From Methyloversatilis discipulorum (GTDB taxonomy: Bacteria > Armatimonadota > Fimbriimonadia > Fimbriimonadales > Fimbriimonadaceae), in NCBI GenBank assembly GCA_943371575.1, contig CALRVI020000001.1, positions 103,953-167,952 on the forward strand: a stretch of 64,000 nucleotides of DNA, given 5' to 3'. Made by a program: the position numbers and the translations under genes. The notes under the pieces were generated by a model, which saw only the letters and a list, made by a program, of their open reading frames with translations, searched no databases and had not been told where the DNA came from. Shown piece by piece: positions 54,262 to 63,309 of the stretch. Each line of letters begins with the position of its first letter. Positions within the stretch are counted from its first letter, which is position 1.

Positions 54262-56957
54262 AGGTAGTCCTCGCGCGGGGCCTCGACGGTGTACCGCGCA
54301 TATTGGTGGCCATCCTTGTTGACGAATGGATCGCACGACTGGATTAGGAAGGGTTGGCCGTTGTAGGTGCAGGCATCGTAGTAGCGGGGCATCCTCACCT
54401 TTCCGGCGAGGACAGGATCGCTCGGATCATCAATGAGAGCGAGCGGGGCCTCGAAGCTCCTGGTTCGCACGGTGTGGCCAGCGATGGAGGCAATCCGCCG
54501 CAGAGCCCAGCGCACCCACTTCCCGTCGCTACTCGTGTCGAAGAGGGCCGGATCCACGTACACAACCTCCAGGATGTGCGGGCACCAGTCAGGGTGATCC
54601 GGATCCGGATAGTGCGGGTGCGATGGGGCAAGGCCAAGGAAGTTGAAGCTCTTGAAGTTGTGCCACATCGCGGTCATGCGGCCAGCCTCGCCTCCAGAAC
54701 CGCCGATGTAGCCACTGGCCGTGACGATGATCCGATTCCCCTCGAGCTTTTTCTGGCTGAACGTCTGAGAGCCAGCTTTGACAGGGAGAACCGGGCGGCC
54801 ACCAATAAGCCCATAGCTGGCCGGAACATGCACCGCGCGGCCCGCTGGCACCCGATCTTCCGTGAAATGGAGCAAAGGTGTGTAGGGCGGAAGCGTGGGG
54901 GCAAAGAGCCGCCATTGCCCATAGGTGCCAGAGTTCTCGCAGAACACCAGCCGCATCCCAAGATACTTGCGGACAATCCGCTGGATCATCTCCTCGAGGT
55001 TGGCCAGGGGCTCGACATAGAAGTCGGTTCCGTTCGAGAAGAAAAGCCGAAGCGGCAGATCCGGGATGTTGATCATTGAGTTCGGGAAGCCCGCCCACTG
55101 GAGCATGCCAACCACGGCATCGGTCGCCTTATACGACGGTTTCTGACCATCTGGGCCGGGATCAGCTTCCTCGTCAATGCCGCCCCAGTCGAATCGCACC
55201 GGTGAGAGAGCTGACCTGAGCCGATCCCACATCCCCGCCGAGGTCATTGTCCAGAACGTGCGGCCCGAGGCCCAGCTATCCGAGCCTTTGACCGGCTTGC
55301 TTGCTGTTGGCTCGACAACATAGCCGCGATGGAGGATGCACCGCTTGTCTGGATCGAGCGGATCGTATTCGGTCTCGACGCGCGACGTGAAGATCCCGCG
55401 CGTGGCAAGGCGATCATGGACGTTGACGAGGTCGTGGCATTCCCAGGTTGCCATCGCAAGGGATGGATCAATGCCCGCCTGAGTGATCTCAAGGCTTCCC
55501 GGGATCGCGAGAGGCCAGGTGCCGGAGACGACGTTGCCGGATCCATCGAGCGTCGCAACAGCGGGAATCTCAAGCTCAAACTCGCCCGGATCCACGAGCA
55601 TGGTGAAGCCATCGCGAATCACCTTGTATCCGGTCAGGGTCGGCGTTGTGGTGGTGTCGCCCGCGAAATCAAACCGGACATAGTAGGCAAGGGCCTCGGT
55701 TGTCGGGAAGGTTGCGAAGAAGCCACCCGTCGTGATTGCGGTGAGCTCGGCATTCGTGTCGGCGCGGAACATCCGAACCGTGATCGATGTGCCAGGCGGC
55801 TTCGTGCCAGTCCAGGACACGCGAAACGGCGGGCCGCCAGCAACCTTGGGGATGAACGTAAGCTGAAAGTAACCGTCTGTAAGAAATCCGCTAGATCTGT
55901 AGGTTGGGAGCACGATCTGGTGCCCCATTCTCGTGTTTCTTGGTGCATCAACGCGGATCCGATCCAAGTTGGACGGAGGACTCGCGCCTGGCGTTGGGGG
56001 ACTTGCCGCGCGTGTGCAAGCCCACACCACGAGGCCGGGGGTCGCTGCCGCGGTTGCAGCATGGTTCTGCGGAACGGAGGACAGAGCGGCGAATCCAGCT
56101 GGCTTTGGTGAAGACTTCTTGCGAGAGTTCTCGAGAGAGAACGCGATGCCGCCGTAGGGGTAGGTTCGACCAGGGTCAACGATCTCGATGTACAGGGTGA
56201 GGACATCGCCTGGAGTGGCGGACTTCCCGAGATTCCAGGAGTAATGTGTTCGCCACCGATAGTCGCCCGTTGGCTCATTCCAGCCGTACTCAAACAGGTG
56301 CATGTACCCGTCCGCCAGAACCTGGGCTGCAAGGTATCCAAGGCCTATGAACGATTGGTTATTGCTCGGCGGACCTTTAAAGTAATAGGTTCCAAGAGCC
56401 TGGCTTTTGCCGGTGATCGTGGCAGGGACAGCCACCGAGAACTGGAATCGCTTTTGGTATGGGCCCTGCGGCGAATTCGCCACAACGATCCGATCCATCG
56501 GCTCACCAGCCAGCCCAAATGACGGGGATGGAACAGCGGTTTGATCTGCGACGAGCCTCTGCTCGAGGGATCCACCAGCTGGCACCTTCTTGAAAAGGAA
56601 TGTATCACCACTGGTCGCTGCCGACCCATTGTATGAGCCATCCGGATCTTGGTGGAATGTCTCAACGAACTCGTGATTTGGAGCAATCGTAACATCCGAG
56701 GCCCCGGCGACCCCAGCGTTGCCAGCGGTGGTGAATCTCTTCGCGCCAGGGTCATCTTGATCCGCCTCCAATCGCCACCCGATTGCCTCGCGGAACGCGA
56801 CGTTCTCGCGAGGCAATCCAAGGCCACCAATTTCATCGAAGTCTCGCGCGAGGGCGTACGGTGGTTCAACGAGTGTCGGCCTGGCCTCGTCGAGAAAAAT
56901 ATGCGTCTGCCGATGGGGTGTGCTGGGCGCGAGGTGTGGAGGGTGGCGATTGCTCAT
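54258..56957 (-). CDS. Large tail-tip/baseplate-hub-like protein (position-based)
   Basis: 899-aa ORF downstream of the tape measure and upstream of the fibre/enzymatic proteins. No catalytic motif recognised. Confidence 0.5.
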   Translation of the reverse strand: MSNRHPPHLAPSTPHRQTHIFLDEARPTLVEPPYALARDFDEIGGLGLPRENVAFREAIGWRLEADQDDPGAKRFTTAGNAGVAGASDVTIAPNHEFVETFHQDPDGSYNGSAATSGDTFLFKKVPAGGSLEQRLVADQTAVPSPSFGLAGEPMDRIVVANSPQGPYQKRFQFSVAVPATITGKSQALGTYYFKGPPSNNQSFIGLGYLAAQVLADGYMHLFEYGWNEPTGDYRWRTHYSWNLGKSATPGDVLTLYIEIVDPGRTYPYGGIAFSLENSRKKSSPKPAGFAALSSVPQNHAATAAATPGLVVWACTRAASPPTPGASPPSNLDRIRVDAPRNTRMGHQIVLPTYRSSGFLTDGYFQLTFIPKVAGGPPFRVSWTGTKPPGTSITVRMFRADTNAELTAITTGGFFATFPTTEALAYYVRFDFAGDTTTTPTLTGYKVIRDGFTMLVDPGEFELEIPAVATLDGSGNVVSGTWPLAIPGSLEITQAGIDPSLAMATWECHDLVNVHDRLATRGIFTSRVETEYDPLDPDKRCILHRGYVVEPTASKPVKGSDSWASGRTFWTMTSAGMWDRLRSALSPVRFDWGGIDEEADPGPDGQKPSYKATDAVVGMLQWAGFPNSMINIPDLPLRLFFSNGTDFYVEPLANLEEMIQRIVRKYLGMRLVFCENSGTYGQWRLFAPTLPPYTPLLHFTEDRVPAGRAVHVPASYGLIGGRPVLPVKAGSQTFSQKKLEGNRIIVTASGYIGGSGGEAGRMTAMWHNFKSFNFLGLAPSHPHYPDPDHPDWCPHILEVVYVDPALFDTSSDGKWVRWALRRIASIAGHTVRTRSFEAPLALIDDPSDPVLAGKVRMPRYYDACTYNGQPFLIQSCDPFVNKDGHQYARYTVEAPREDYL

Positions 56958-56995
56958 CGGGGGTCTGCTGGTTCAGACCTTTTTCCGCAAATTGG

Positions 56996-57415
56996 TTATC
57001 GAACGGTGAAGCTCGCGCCGCAGAAACTGCATGCGTACACGCCTGGGGTGAAACTGCTTACCCAGGAGTCAATGAGAGCAGCCGTGATCACGAATCCAAG
57101 TGATCCGAAGTAGCCCAACCCGGTTCCTTGATTCCCTTGAAATGCCAGATTGAATGACCCACACTGAGGGCAACCGAATCCGTGGCCAGTGTTGCATAGA
57201 TATCGGGGGTCTACCAACACGACCGGATGCTGCCGAGCACGCGCTTGAACCCACGGAGGATCTAGTAATTGTTGCGGAATGGGTGACGCAGGAGGTGGCA
57301 CCACAGGTGGCGGACCGGAGTTGAACCTTGTTCGGAATCTATGACCGCAAAATGCGCAGATCGCATCCCCAATCGGACTTTGCTGAGAGCATGTCGGGCA
57401 GATTTTCTTTTGCAC
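56996..57415 (-). CDS. Double zinc-ribbon protein (moron candidate)
   Basis: CPTCSQQSPIGDAICAFCGHRF and CPQCGSFNL...CSFCGASF give two CxxC...CxxC pairs. GTG at 57415 is proposed because the longer ORF overlaps the upstream gene. AT-richer patch. Confidence 0.4.
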   Translation of the reverse strand: MQKKICPTCSQQSPIGDAICAFCGHRFRTRFNSGPPPVVPPPASPIPQQLLDPPWVQARARQHPVVLVDPRYLCNTGHGFGCPQCGSFNLAFQGNQGTGLGYFGSLGFVITAALIDSWVSSFTPGVYACSFCGASFTVR

Positions 57416-57422
57416 TGCGCAC

Positions 57423-58220
57423 CTACTCGATTTGCCGTCTCTGGAGATCATAGAGCCAGACTTCGCGGATATTTTCGTAGTCGTGAGACACGTATACCCA
57501 TCCATCTTTAAGCTTGAATCCTGCGATTCTGTATCCCTCTTGCTCCTCGGTTCCAGCATAGTCGTCAACTGGCTCACCAAGCTCTGCCACAAGCGTATTG
57601 TAAGGCACTGATGGCTTTGCAATGTTCCGGGCCAGTGACATCGTGGGCTGTTCTGGCCGGGTTGGTGCCGCATCGGGCCTGCGATAGACTTCAAGCCCCT
57701 GAGATCCCTGGAGGGCCATCGTTTTCCCATCGAAGCTAACGAAGAAATCTTGCTCTGACGACCCGACCCCTTTTGTCCGGGCAAGCTCAAATAGGGTCAG
57801 AACCTTGCCGTCGAACTTGTAGCGGGTGGTTCGGGTCACTTTCCCGTAGGAAATCAGACAAGATCCATCTTCATTGAACGTAAGCATCCCAAACTTCTTG
57901 TCCTCGACCCACGGCCCAAGGATTCGGCGTTCTTCGAGCTTTGGCACCGCAACCCGAAACCAGCCTATCGCGAACGCGACAGCAAACAGGGCGATCACGT
58001 GCCATGCCTTAAATCGAGAACCGCTCACCGGCGAAGCGGCAGGTGCACCAACGTGCGGAACAGCTTGCGCTGGCGGAACAGGAACCTGGTGAATCAGCCC
58101 GGGCGGTGTCGGTGACGTGAATTGATGCTGACACTGAGTACACACCTGCGCAGAAATCGCGCTCGGTGACCCACAAACCGGGCAAAACTTGCTCACCCCA
58201 TAAGACGTTGGATTGCTCAT
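57423..58220 (-). CDS. Zinc-ribbon + single-TM + extracytoplasmic domain protein (moron candidate)
   Basis: CPVCGSPSAISAQVCTQCQHQF, a Pro-rich linker, the TM helix WHVIALFAVAFAIGWF, then a ~170-aa domain. Confidence 0.55.
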   Translation of the reverse strand: MSNPTSYGVSKFCPVCGSPSAISAQVCTQCQHQFTSPTPPGLIHQVPVPPAQAVPHVGAPAASPVSGSRFKAWHVIALFAVAFAIGWFRVAVPKLEERRILGPWVEDKKFGMLTFNEDGSCLISYGKVTRTTRYKFDGKVLTLFELARTKGVGSSEQDFFVSFDGKTMALQGSQGLEVYRRPDAAPTRPEQPTMSLARNIAKPSVPYNTLVAELGEPVDDYAGTEEQEGYRIAGFKLKDGWVYVSHDYENIREVWLYDLQRRQIE

Positions 58221-58267
58221 GTCCTAGGCTGATTGTAACCCAACGACCACTATTCTGCAATAGGGTT

Positions 58268-59557
58268 CTATACGGTGAACGCACCCAGGGCGATCATGCG
58301 GCGCCGTTCAGCCTCCTGAAGCATCTGGGTCGACCAACCTGACGGGATCGCGTTGCGGGCCCGTTCTCCGCCACCTCGCATGTCCCTGCGAATGGAATCA
58401 ATCGACTCAGTGAGGCCATTTACCGCGTCCGTGTTCCGATTCATAGCGTCGGCGTTACGGTCTGCCGAATCCTTACTTCCGGAGTTCCCGCGAATGAATG
58501 GGAATGGGATCGTCAGCAAGAGAAAGGCAGCCCGGAGCAGGAGCAGGGATGTCGTAATCGCGTCAATGACTTGCGGCAATGTGTGAAGAAGATCCTCGAA
58601 CGACAACTTGAGCTCCGCCATCGCCAAGTTGAATCGCATGGCGGCAGCGATCCTGTCTGGGCTCATCGACCTCTCCATCTGCTTGAAGTATCTGTCCACT
58701 TCACCCTTGGACAGATACTTCAGATTGTAAAGGCCTTCAAGATTGAGATCCTGCAGAGCGCGGAGATCGCCACTTTGAACCATCTTGCGGATCGCCTCCA
58801 TGCCGGGGCCAAGCGCATTCGTGTCGCGGCCCATGCCAGACCTCGCCGAGTAGCCGTACCGACGAAGATGGAGCCCCTCGATCCCGCCATCGAAGTACTG
58901 CTTCTGGAATCCACGAGTTGCTCCGATGATGTCCACACCCGTCGCATCGCTGAGAACCCTCGCCGCGCGAGTCTGAGCATACGACCCCCCACCCTTGGCC
59001 ATATCATCGCCAAGCTTCTGGAGCGATTTCGATGCCATGTCTGCGCCTTTCCAGAGCGCGTAGGCAGCCATCGCGGCAAGGCCGATCGGGCCAGCCAGTT
59101 TGGAACTGATACCCAGAAGAGGCAGGATTCGGCCGACCAGGGGAGCCACATTACCACCTACCCGGGTGGAGTTCACCAAGCTGTTCAGGCGAGACCCAAA
59201 TGATGGCGGAGCGAGCCTCTGGAGGCCCCGCTGGGCGAGCCCCATCTGGTACTGAGCATCCGCAATCGCGGCAGGATTCCCCGACGCCCAAGCCTTGTTC
59301 ATGTTCAGCTGAGCCATCTGGAATCGCTGATGCGGACCCGGAAGGAATCGCTGAACGGGAGGGCGCCGACCGCCACCGCCACTTGGCACGGGGAGGGAGC
59401 CGCCACCAGGCCCTGGAGAGCCGGCCGGGACAATGCTCCCTCCTCCTGCCTGAGACATCGACTTCTGGGCGCGAGCCATCCGCTCGACCGCTTCGGCGGC
59501 GCGGTTGAACTGAGCAAGCCCAGCCACCCGAAAATCCAGTCTCATCTGATGTGCCAT
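58268..59557 (-). CDS. Tail tape measure protein candidate
   Basis: Position immediately after the G/GT chaperone pair. Helical, Ala/Gln/Arg-rich sequence with hydrophobic segments (LPLLGISSKLAGPIGLAAMAAYAL, LLLLRAAFLLLTIPFPFI) typical of tape measures. Confidence 0.55.
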   Translation of the reverse strand: MAHQMRLDFRVAGLAQFNRAAEAVERMARAQKSMSQAGGGSIVPAGSPGPGGGSLPVPSGGGGRRPPVQRFLPGPHQRFQMAQLNMNKAWASGNPAAIADAQYQMGLAQRGLQRLAPPSFGSRLNSLVNSTRVGGNVAPLVGRILPLLGISSKLAGPIGLAAMAAYALWKGADMASKSLQKLGDDMAKGGGSYAQTRAARVLSDATGVDIIGATRGFQKQYFDGGIEGLHLRRYGYSARSGMGRDTNALGPGMEAIRKMVQSGDLRALQDLNLEGLYNLKYLSKGEVDRYFKQMERSMSPDRIAAAMRFNLAMAELKLSFEDLLHTLPQVIDAITTSLLLLRAAFLLLTIPFPFIRGNSGSKDSADRNADAMNRNTDAVNGLTESIDSIRRDMRGGGERARNAIPSGWSTQMLQEAERRRMIALGAFTV

Positions 59558-59776
59558 CTATCTTAGTCCTCGCCGCTCGGCTTCTTCCCGCTCCCGTTCG
59601 TCTCTAAAGTCCGCCAGCCGCTGGCAGTCATCTACCCAGTCATCGCCAAGGGGAGCAATCTCAACCCCGAGGCCTCTTCCGATCTCGACCAGCGCACCCG
59701 CGAACCAGGAGACAATATCGGGGTGCGCTTGGTTTAGCCGATTTGCGGAGTCGAGGCCCCGGAGCCCGCTAAAGGG
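59558..59776 (-). CDS. -1 frame extension giving the GT-like frameshift fusion product
   Basis: The -1 frame is open from the heptamer to TAG at 59560..59558, directly abutting the tape-measure ATG. It reads PFSGLRGLDSANRLNQAHPDIVSWFAGALVEIGRGLGVEIAPLGDDWVDDCQRLADFRDEREREEAERRGLR and has no own start codon. Confidence 0.55.
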   Translation of the reverse strand, partial: PFSGLRGLDSANRLNQAHPDIVSWFAGALVEIGRGLGVEIAPLGDDWVDDCQRLADFRDEREREEAERRGLR

Positions 59777-60264
59777 TTCTCTTTCAGCTCCCGTTCGCGT
59801 TCTTCGGCAACCTGCTCGATGACAATCCGGGCCACGTTCACGATGGGGTGACTGACCAGCACGGCCTGGGCGAGCTCAAGCTCGTTGTAGAAATCGAAAT
59901 CTGGGGCATCTTCCACGCACTCAGGAAGCGAGATTGCTCCCAATGCATGGAGCGTCTTGGCCACTCCCTGCGCGACCACAAGGAGAGCAACGTCGCGGCA
60001 GATGTCTTGAGGGACGTCGCCACCATCAGGAACATCCAGCGGAGCCCGGGGAGCGGCCCCGTTGAGCCCGATCCAGTCGGCCACCAGATCACGGGCCAGA
60101 TCGGTAGCCCTGGCATAGTCGATGCTGTTCAGCGGAGCAACCCAAAGGGTGACCACCTTCTCGACTTGCCTTCCATCCTCGGCCTCAACAACCCCAGCCA
60201 CGGTGACCGGAGTGGCCTTCCTCCCACCGCGAGGGCGAAATCCAATGAACGATTCTTTCGCCAT
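59734..60264 (-). CDS. Tail assembly chaperone (lambda gpG analogue)
   Basis: 176-aa acidic ORF between the major tail and tape measure genes. Contains the slippery heptamer near its 3' end. Confidence 0.6.
   Translation of the reverse strand: MAKESFIGFRPRGGRKATPVTVAGVVEAEDGRQVEKVVTLWVAPLNSIDYARATDLARDLVADWIGLNGAAPRAPLDVPDGGDVPQDICRDVALLVVAQGVAKTLHALGAISLPECVEDAPDFDFYNELELAQAVLVSHPIVNVARIVIEQVAEERERELKENPLAGSGASTPQIG
59770..59776 (-). promoter_or_regulatory. Candidate -1 programmed ribosomal frameshift site C-CCU-UUA
   Basis: Zero-frame codons are AAC CCT TTA (N-P-L), so the heptamer fits X-XXY-YYZ, 12 codons before the G stop. Confidence 0.5.
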
Positions 60265-60710
60265 CAGACCACCTGCGAGATGGTCGGGTTCGCCGCGCCA
60301 TCCTCAATCGTCTCCGCCGTGATCTCGTACGTGGATTGCCCCTTATTGACGCTTGCGCCGCCGCTGGTGATCAGGCACCGGTACACCGACCGGTAGGTGT
60401 TCTCCGTGATCCGGATCGCCATGAATCCGCTTGCATCGAAGATTGTGCGCAGCACCGAGGGCGCCGCCTGGTTGCGAAGGATCTCCGAGAGTGTGACCGA
60501 TGATCCAACTTCGAGGGCAACCGGATTCTTGCGGAACCCAAAGCCATTGATGTTCTCGGTCTCGACCGTGGCCCGGTCGTTGTGAGGCTGCCGCTCCGTG
60601 ATGCGGATCGCGGTGTAGGAGCCGATCGTATACACCCCGGTCGATTCGTTGAACGTGATCGGGGCAACTTCGACCGTTGTATGCCGCCCGAGCAGTGGGT
60701 TGAGACCCAT
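60264..60710 (-). CDS. Major tail protein candidate
   Basis: 148-aa beta-rich ORF immediately upstream of the chaperone pair, with a 1-nt stop/start overlap. Confidence 0.5.
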   Translation of the reverse strand: MGLNPLLGRHTTVEVAPITFNESTGVYTIGSYTAIRITERQPHNDRATVETENINGFGFRKNPVALEVGSSVTLSEILRNQAAPSVLRTIFDASGFMAIRITENTYRSVYRCLITSGGASVNKGQSTYEITAETIEDGAANPTISQVV

Positions 60711-60874
60711 TAGCGGAACCTCACTTCCTTCCAGTCATGGGCCGGACCTTCGCAGGGCTTTGCGCCAGGCGGTGGATCTTCGCCTGCGGGCACTTCAATC
60801 ACCCGCACCTCTGCGATGTCGCCGCAACGGGTGTACCGGGTGCGGGTCTCCTCGAAAAATTGGACTTTGCTCAT
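60710..60874 (-). CDS. Small hypothetical protein (54 aa), translationally coupled
   Basis: ATG 60874..60872 overlaps the upstream TGA (ATGA), and its stop TAA overlaps the next ATG. Reads MSKVQFFEETRTRYTRCGDIAEVRVIEVPAGEDPPPGAKPCEGPAHDWKEVRFR. Absent from the ORF track, presumably because of its size. Confidence 0.35.
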   Translation of the reverse strand: MSKVQFFEETRTRYTRCGDIAEVRVIEVPAGEDPPPGAKPCEGPAHDWKEVRFR

Positions 60875-61332
60875 GGGAGTGCCATCTGCGCCCGGGCCTG
60901 GTCGGTCAGGGCATCTATCCGTTTAGACACCCGCTCTCCAACCAGCTCGGGGAGGGGCCGCATGATCATCAGATCCGTGCCCGTCGCGAGCGCATTGGCA
61001 TAGGGCGACGTGTTGAACGTGCTGATAAGGATCCAGTGCGAGCTGGAGCGCGTGAGCTGTTGCCAGTTGCGGTAGAACGTGCCGGTCTGAAAGTTGATGA
61101 TCCCGGGATGCATCGGCGGATGCGGCGAGCGAACCGAATACGGGCCGTGGGGGTTATACATCTCTCCCAACTGGGCAGTGGAGTAGGGGCCAAGGCTGGC
61201 CGTCAAAGCCCCGTCGTAGATGACCTCGCCAATCTTCCCGGCAAGAATCTGGGGGAATACCTTCATCCGCTGCGAGATTTGCTCAAGGGAAGAATAAGGA
61301 TCAGATCCGCCTGCAGATGAGCCGAAGTCCAC
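60871..61332 (-). CDS. Head-tail joining / tail terminator candidate (position-based)
   Basis: 153-aa ORF in the head-to-tail block, co-oriented and coupled. Confidence 0.4.
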   Translation of the reverse strand: MDFGSSAGGSDPYSSLEQISQRMKVFPQILAGKIGEVIYDGALTASLGPYSTAQLGEMYNPHGPYSVRSPHPPMHPGIINFQTGTFYRNWQQLTRSSSHWILISTFNTSPYANALATGTDLMIMRPLPELVGERVSKRIDALTDQARAQMALP

Positions 61333-61336
61333 AAGA

Positions 61337-61831
61337 TCACCCCATCAGAGCCAAGTACTCGGCCTCAACAGCGACAGCGGCAAGCGGGATCCCCTTGTCA
61401 AGGAAGTATGCGTTTGCAACGTTGCCAGGGCCAGCATCCACGTGGGCCGAGAGGATTGTGGTGTCAGGCCCGCTGATTGCCTTCAGCGCGGCGGCAAGCT
61501 GCTCGCCAGCATCTTGGATTTCCTGCCGGACTGCGGCGACACCCTTGGTCACGCCGCCTGCATCCTTCGTGCTGGTGATGTACCAAAGATGGCATTTCGA
61601 CCTCAGCGTCACCCCGCCGAATCCCCACTCCTCGGTGTCTTCCATCTGCCACCAAACAGCAACGCCGTAGGGAGCCGTGAATCCTTCATCGCCTGCGGTC
61701 TTCTCAAACTGCTCCAGCAGCTGACGCCAATTCAGTCGCTCGGCGGTCATATCCTCGAAGAACTTTGTCATCCCTGTCCACGTGTCACGGGTGACATCGA
61801 GGATCTGCAGCTGGGCATCGCGTGTGCTCAC
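61337..61831 (-). CDS. Head-tail joining protein candidate
   Basis: 164-aa ORF with a 4-nt overlap to the upstream gene. Confidence 0.4.
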   Translation of the reverse strand: MSTRDAQLQILDVTRDTWTGMTKFFEDMTAERLNWRQLLEQFEKTAGDEGFTAPYGVAVWWQMEDTEEWGFGGVTLRSKCHLWYITSTKDAGGVTKGVAAVRQEIQDAGEQLAAALKAISGPDTTILSAHVDAGPGNVANAYFLDKGIPLAAVAVEAEYLALMG

Positions 61832-62229
61832 GCCTTCACCCCGGGGCCAAGGGAGCGGATTGCCGGGACTCCCGAGGCTCCGAACTCACTCCAGGTCTGG
61901 CGGCCACCCACCACGGTGTACCAACCGCCGTTCTCCGGGTGACCCGGAGTGACGAGCCGAAGGAAGTAGCCATCCTCAACATCGATGGCATCATCGGCGA
62001 AATAGAACATGTCGGTGGTCAGCATGTTGTCGCGGTTCATGCGGCCAACGGGCGAGGAGCTTGCAGATTCACCCTTGGGGTCAAGCATGACCTGAACTGA
62101 GTTCGCCACCAGCTCTGCACCGACCTCCTCATCCGTGCCAGTGAGGGCATTCAGCGCGAACCCGCCAGGCTTCCAGACATCCACCCGATCGCGAAAGTAC
62201 TCGCGGGCGATCTCGGTGTCGACCGGCAT
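61828..62229 (-). CDS. Head closure/adaptor candidate
   Basis: 133-aa ORF abutting the upstream ORF with no gap. Confidence 0.4.
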   Translation of the reverse strand: MPVDTEIAREYFRDRVDVWKPGGFALNALTGTDEEVGAELVANSVQVMLDPKGESASSSPVGRMNRDNMLTTDMFYFADDAIDVEDGYFLRLVTPGHPENGGWYTVVGGRQTWSEFGASGVPAIRSLGPGVKA

Positions 62230-62631
62230 CTAAAGCCACTCCGAGAGATCGGGACTCTCAAGCTGGGTCACGGCAATATCGGACGCTCCAACGTTGGCGG
62301 ACCCATCGGAAAACGGCGCCGGGAGAGGAATGGAGCGAAGATCTGCAACGAGTGCGTTGATCGCCTCAGATCTGTCTTCGTAAGACTTGCGAAACGGGCC
62401 AGCGGCCGAGCTGGTGGCTCGCTGCGCATACCTGGTTCGGAGCTGGCGAGCAAGGTGGATAAGGGCCTGCCGCGCGGCCATCGCGTTCAGAGCCGCGTTG
62501 ATCTCCTCATCATGAAGAGCAAAGGCACTGGCATCCACATCGCCCAGGATGTTCCGGGCCGCATGGAGCGGCGAAGTCGAAACCTGCGCTAGATCGTATG
62601 TGAATGCCAATGCCGGGGTGTCCTTGAACAT
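62230..62631 (-). CDS. Head-tail connector candidate
   Basis: 133-aa helical ORF following the capsid-proximal gene. Confidence 0.4.
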   Translation of the reverse strand: MFKDTPALAFTYDLAQVSTSPLHAARNILGDVDASAFALHDEEINAALNAMAARQALIHLARQLRTRYAQRATSSAAGPFRKSYEDRSEAINALVADLRSIPLPAPFSDGSANVGASDIAVTQLESPDLSEWL

Positions 62632-62643
62632 CAGGGGGCGAAG

Positions 62644-63309
62644 TTACTCGCCCGGAGCTTCTGCGTCGACCTTCTGGGTGATCGCCTTCTTGTCTGCAGC
62701 CACACCAAGAGCCTTCGCGATCGGGGAAACTTGCTCAGCCTTGAGGTTGTGGAGGTCAGCACCCTCAAGATCGCCATGCCAGACCTTGTAGCGATAGCGT
62801 CCTTCAGCAACCTGCACCCGACTGATCTTTCCGCCGCCTTTGATCGGGATCGTGAGATCAACGACTGCAGGCGTCGCCGGCTTCTCCTGGTCAGACGTGA
62901 CCGCTTCCTTCACTGCGTCGGGCGACGGAGCCTTGTCCGGTTCCGATCCTTCCGCCTGAACCTCAGCAGGCACCACATCCAGGAGCTTCCAGCCTTGCGC
63001 CGAGGCGACCTGGATGACCCACTCGCGCCCATCGCTTGCGATGACCTCAACCTTCACCCCATCAATGCCGCGCAGGGTGCTTCGAATGCGCCCCTCGGCA
63101 TCCGCCGCCGTGAAGCTGTCCGCCGCGTAGACCACCGCGACCGAAGGGTCGGGCGTGGAATCCGCAGGAGCAGATGGGGCGTCAGCAGGGACGATGACTC
63201 CAAGATTCAGCAAGTGCTCGCGCAATCCTGCCGGAAGCTCGGAGTCTTTCACGACCGCGTCCACCTCGAACGCGGTCGTGGCTCCAACAACTCGCCAGAG
63301 CTTCGCCAT
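62644..63309 (-). CDS. Capsid-associated hypothetical protein
   Basis: 221-aa ORF whose start overlaps the capsid gene stop by 1 nt. Acidic, with Ala/Val/Pro-rich linkers. Confidence 0.4.
   Translation of the reverse strand: MAKLWRVVGATTAFEVDAVVKDSELPAGLREHLLNLGVIVPADAPSAPADSTPDPSVAVVYAADSFTAADAEGRIRSTLRGIDGVKVEVIASDGREWVIQVASAQGWKLLDVVPAEVQAEGSEPDKAPSPDAVKEAVTSDQEKPATPAVVDLTIPIKGGGKISRVQVAEGRYRYKVWHGDLEGADLHNLKAEQVSPIAKALGVAADKKAITQKVDAEAPGE

Noticed and set aside
56996-57790. Full 264-aa ORF overlapping the zinc-ribbon membrane protein gene.
   Set aside because: The upstream two thirds overlap 57423-58220 in another frame and are low-complexity. Only the 3' part with the two CxxC pairs (from GTG 57415) is retained.
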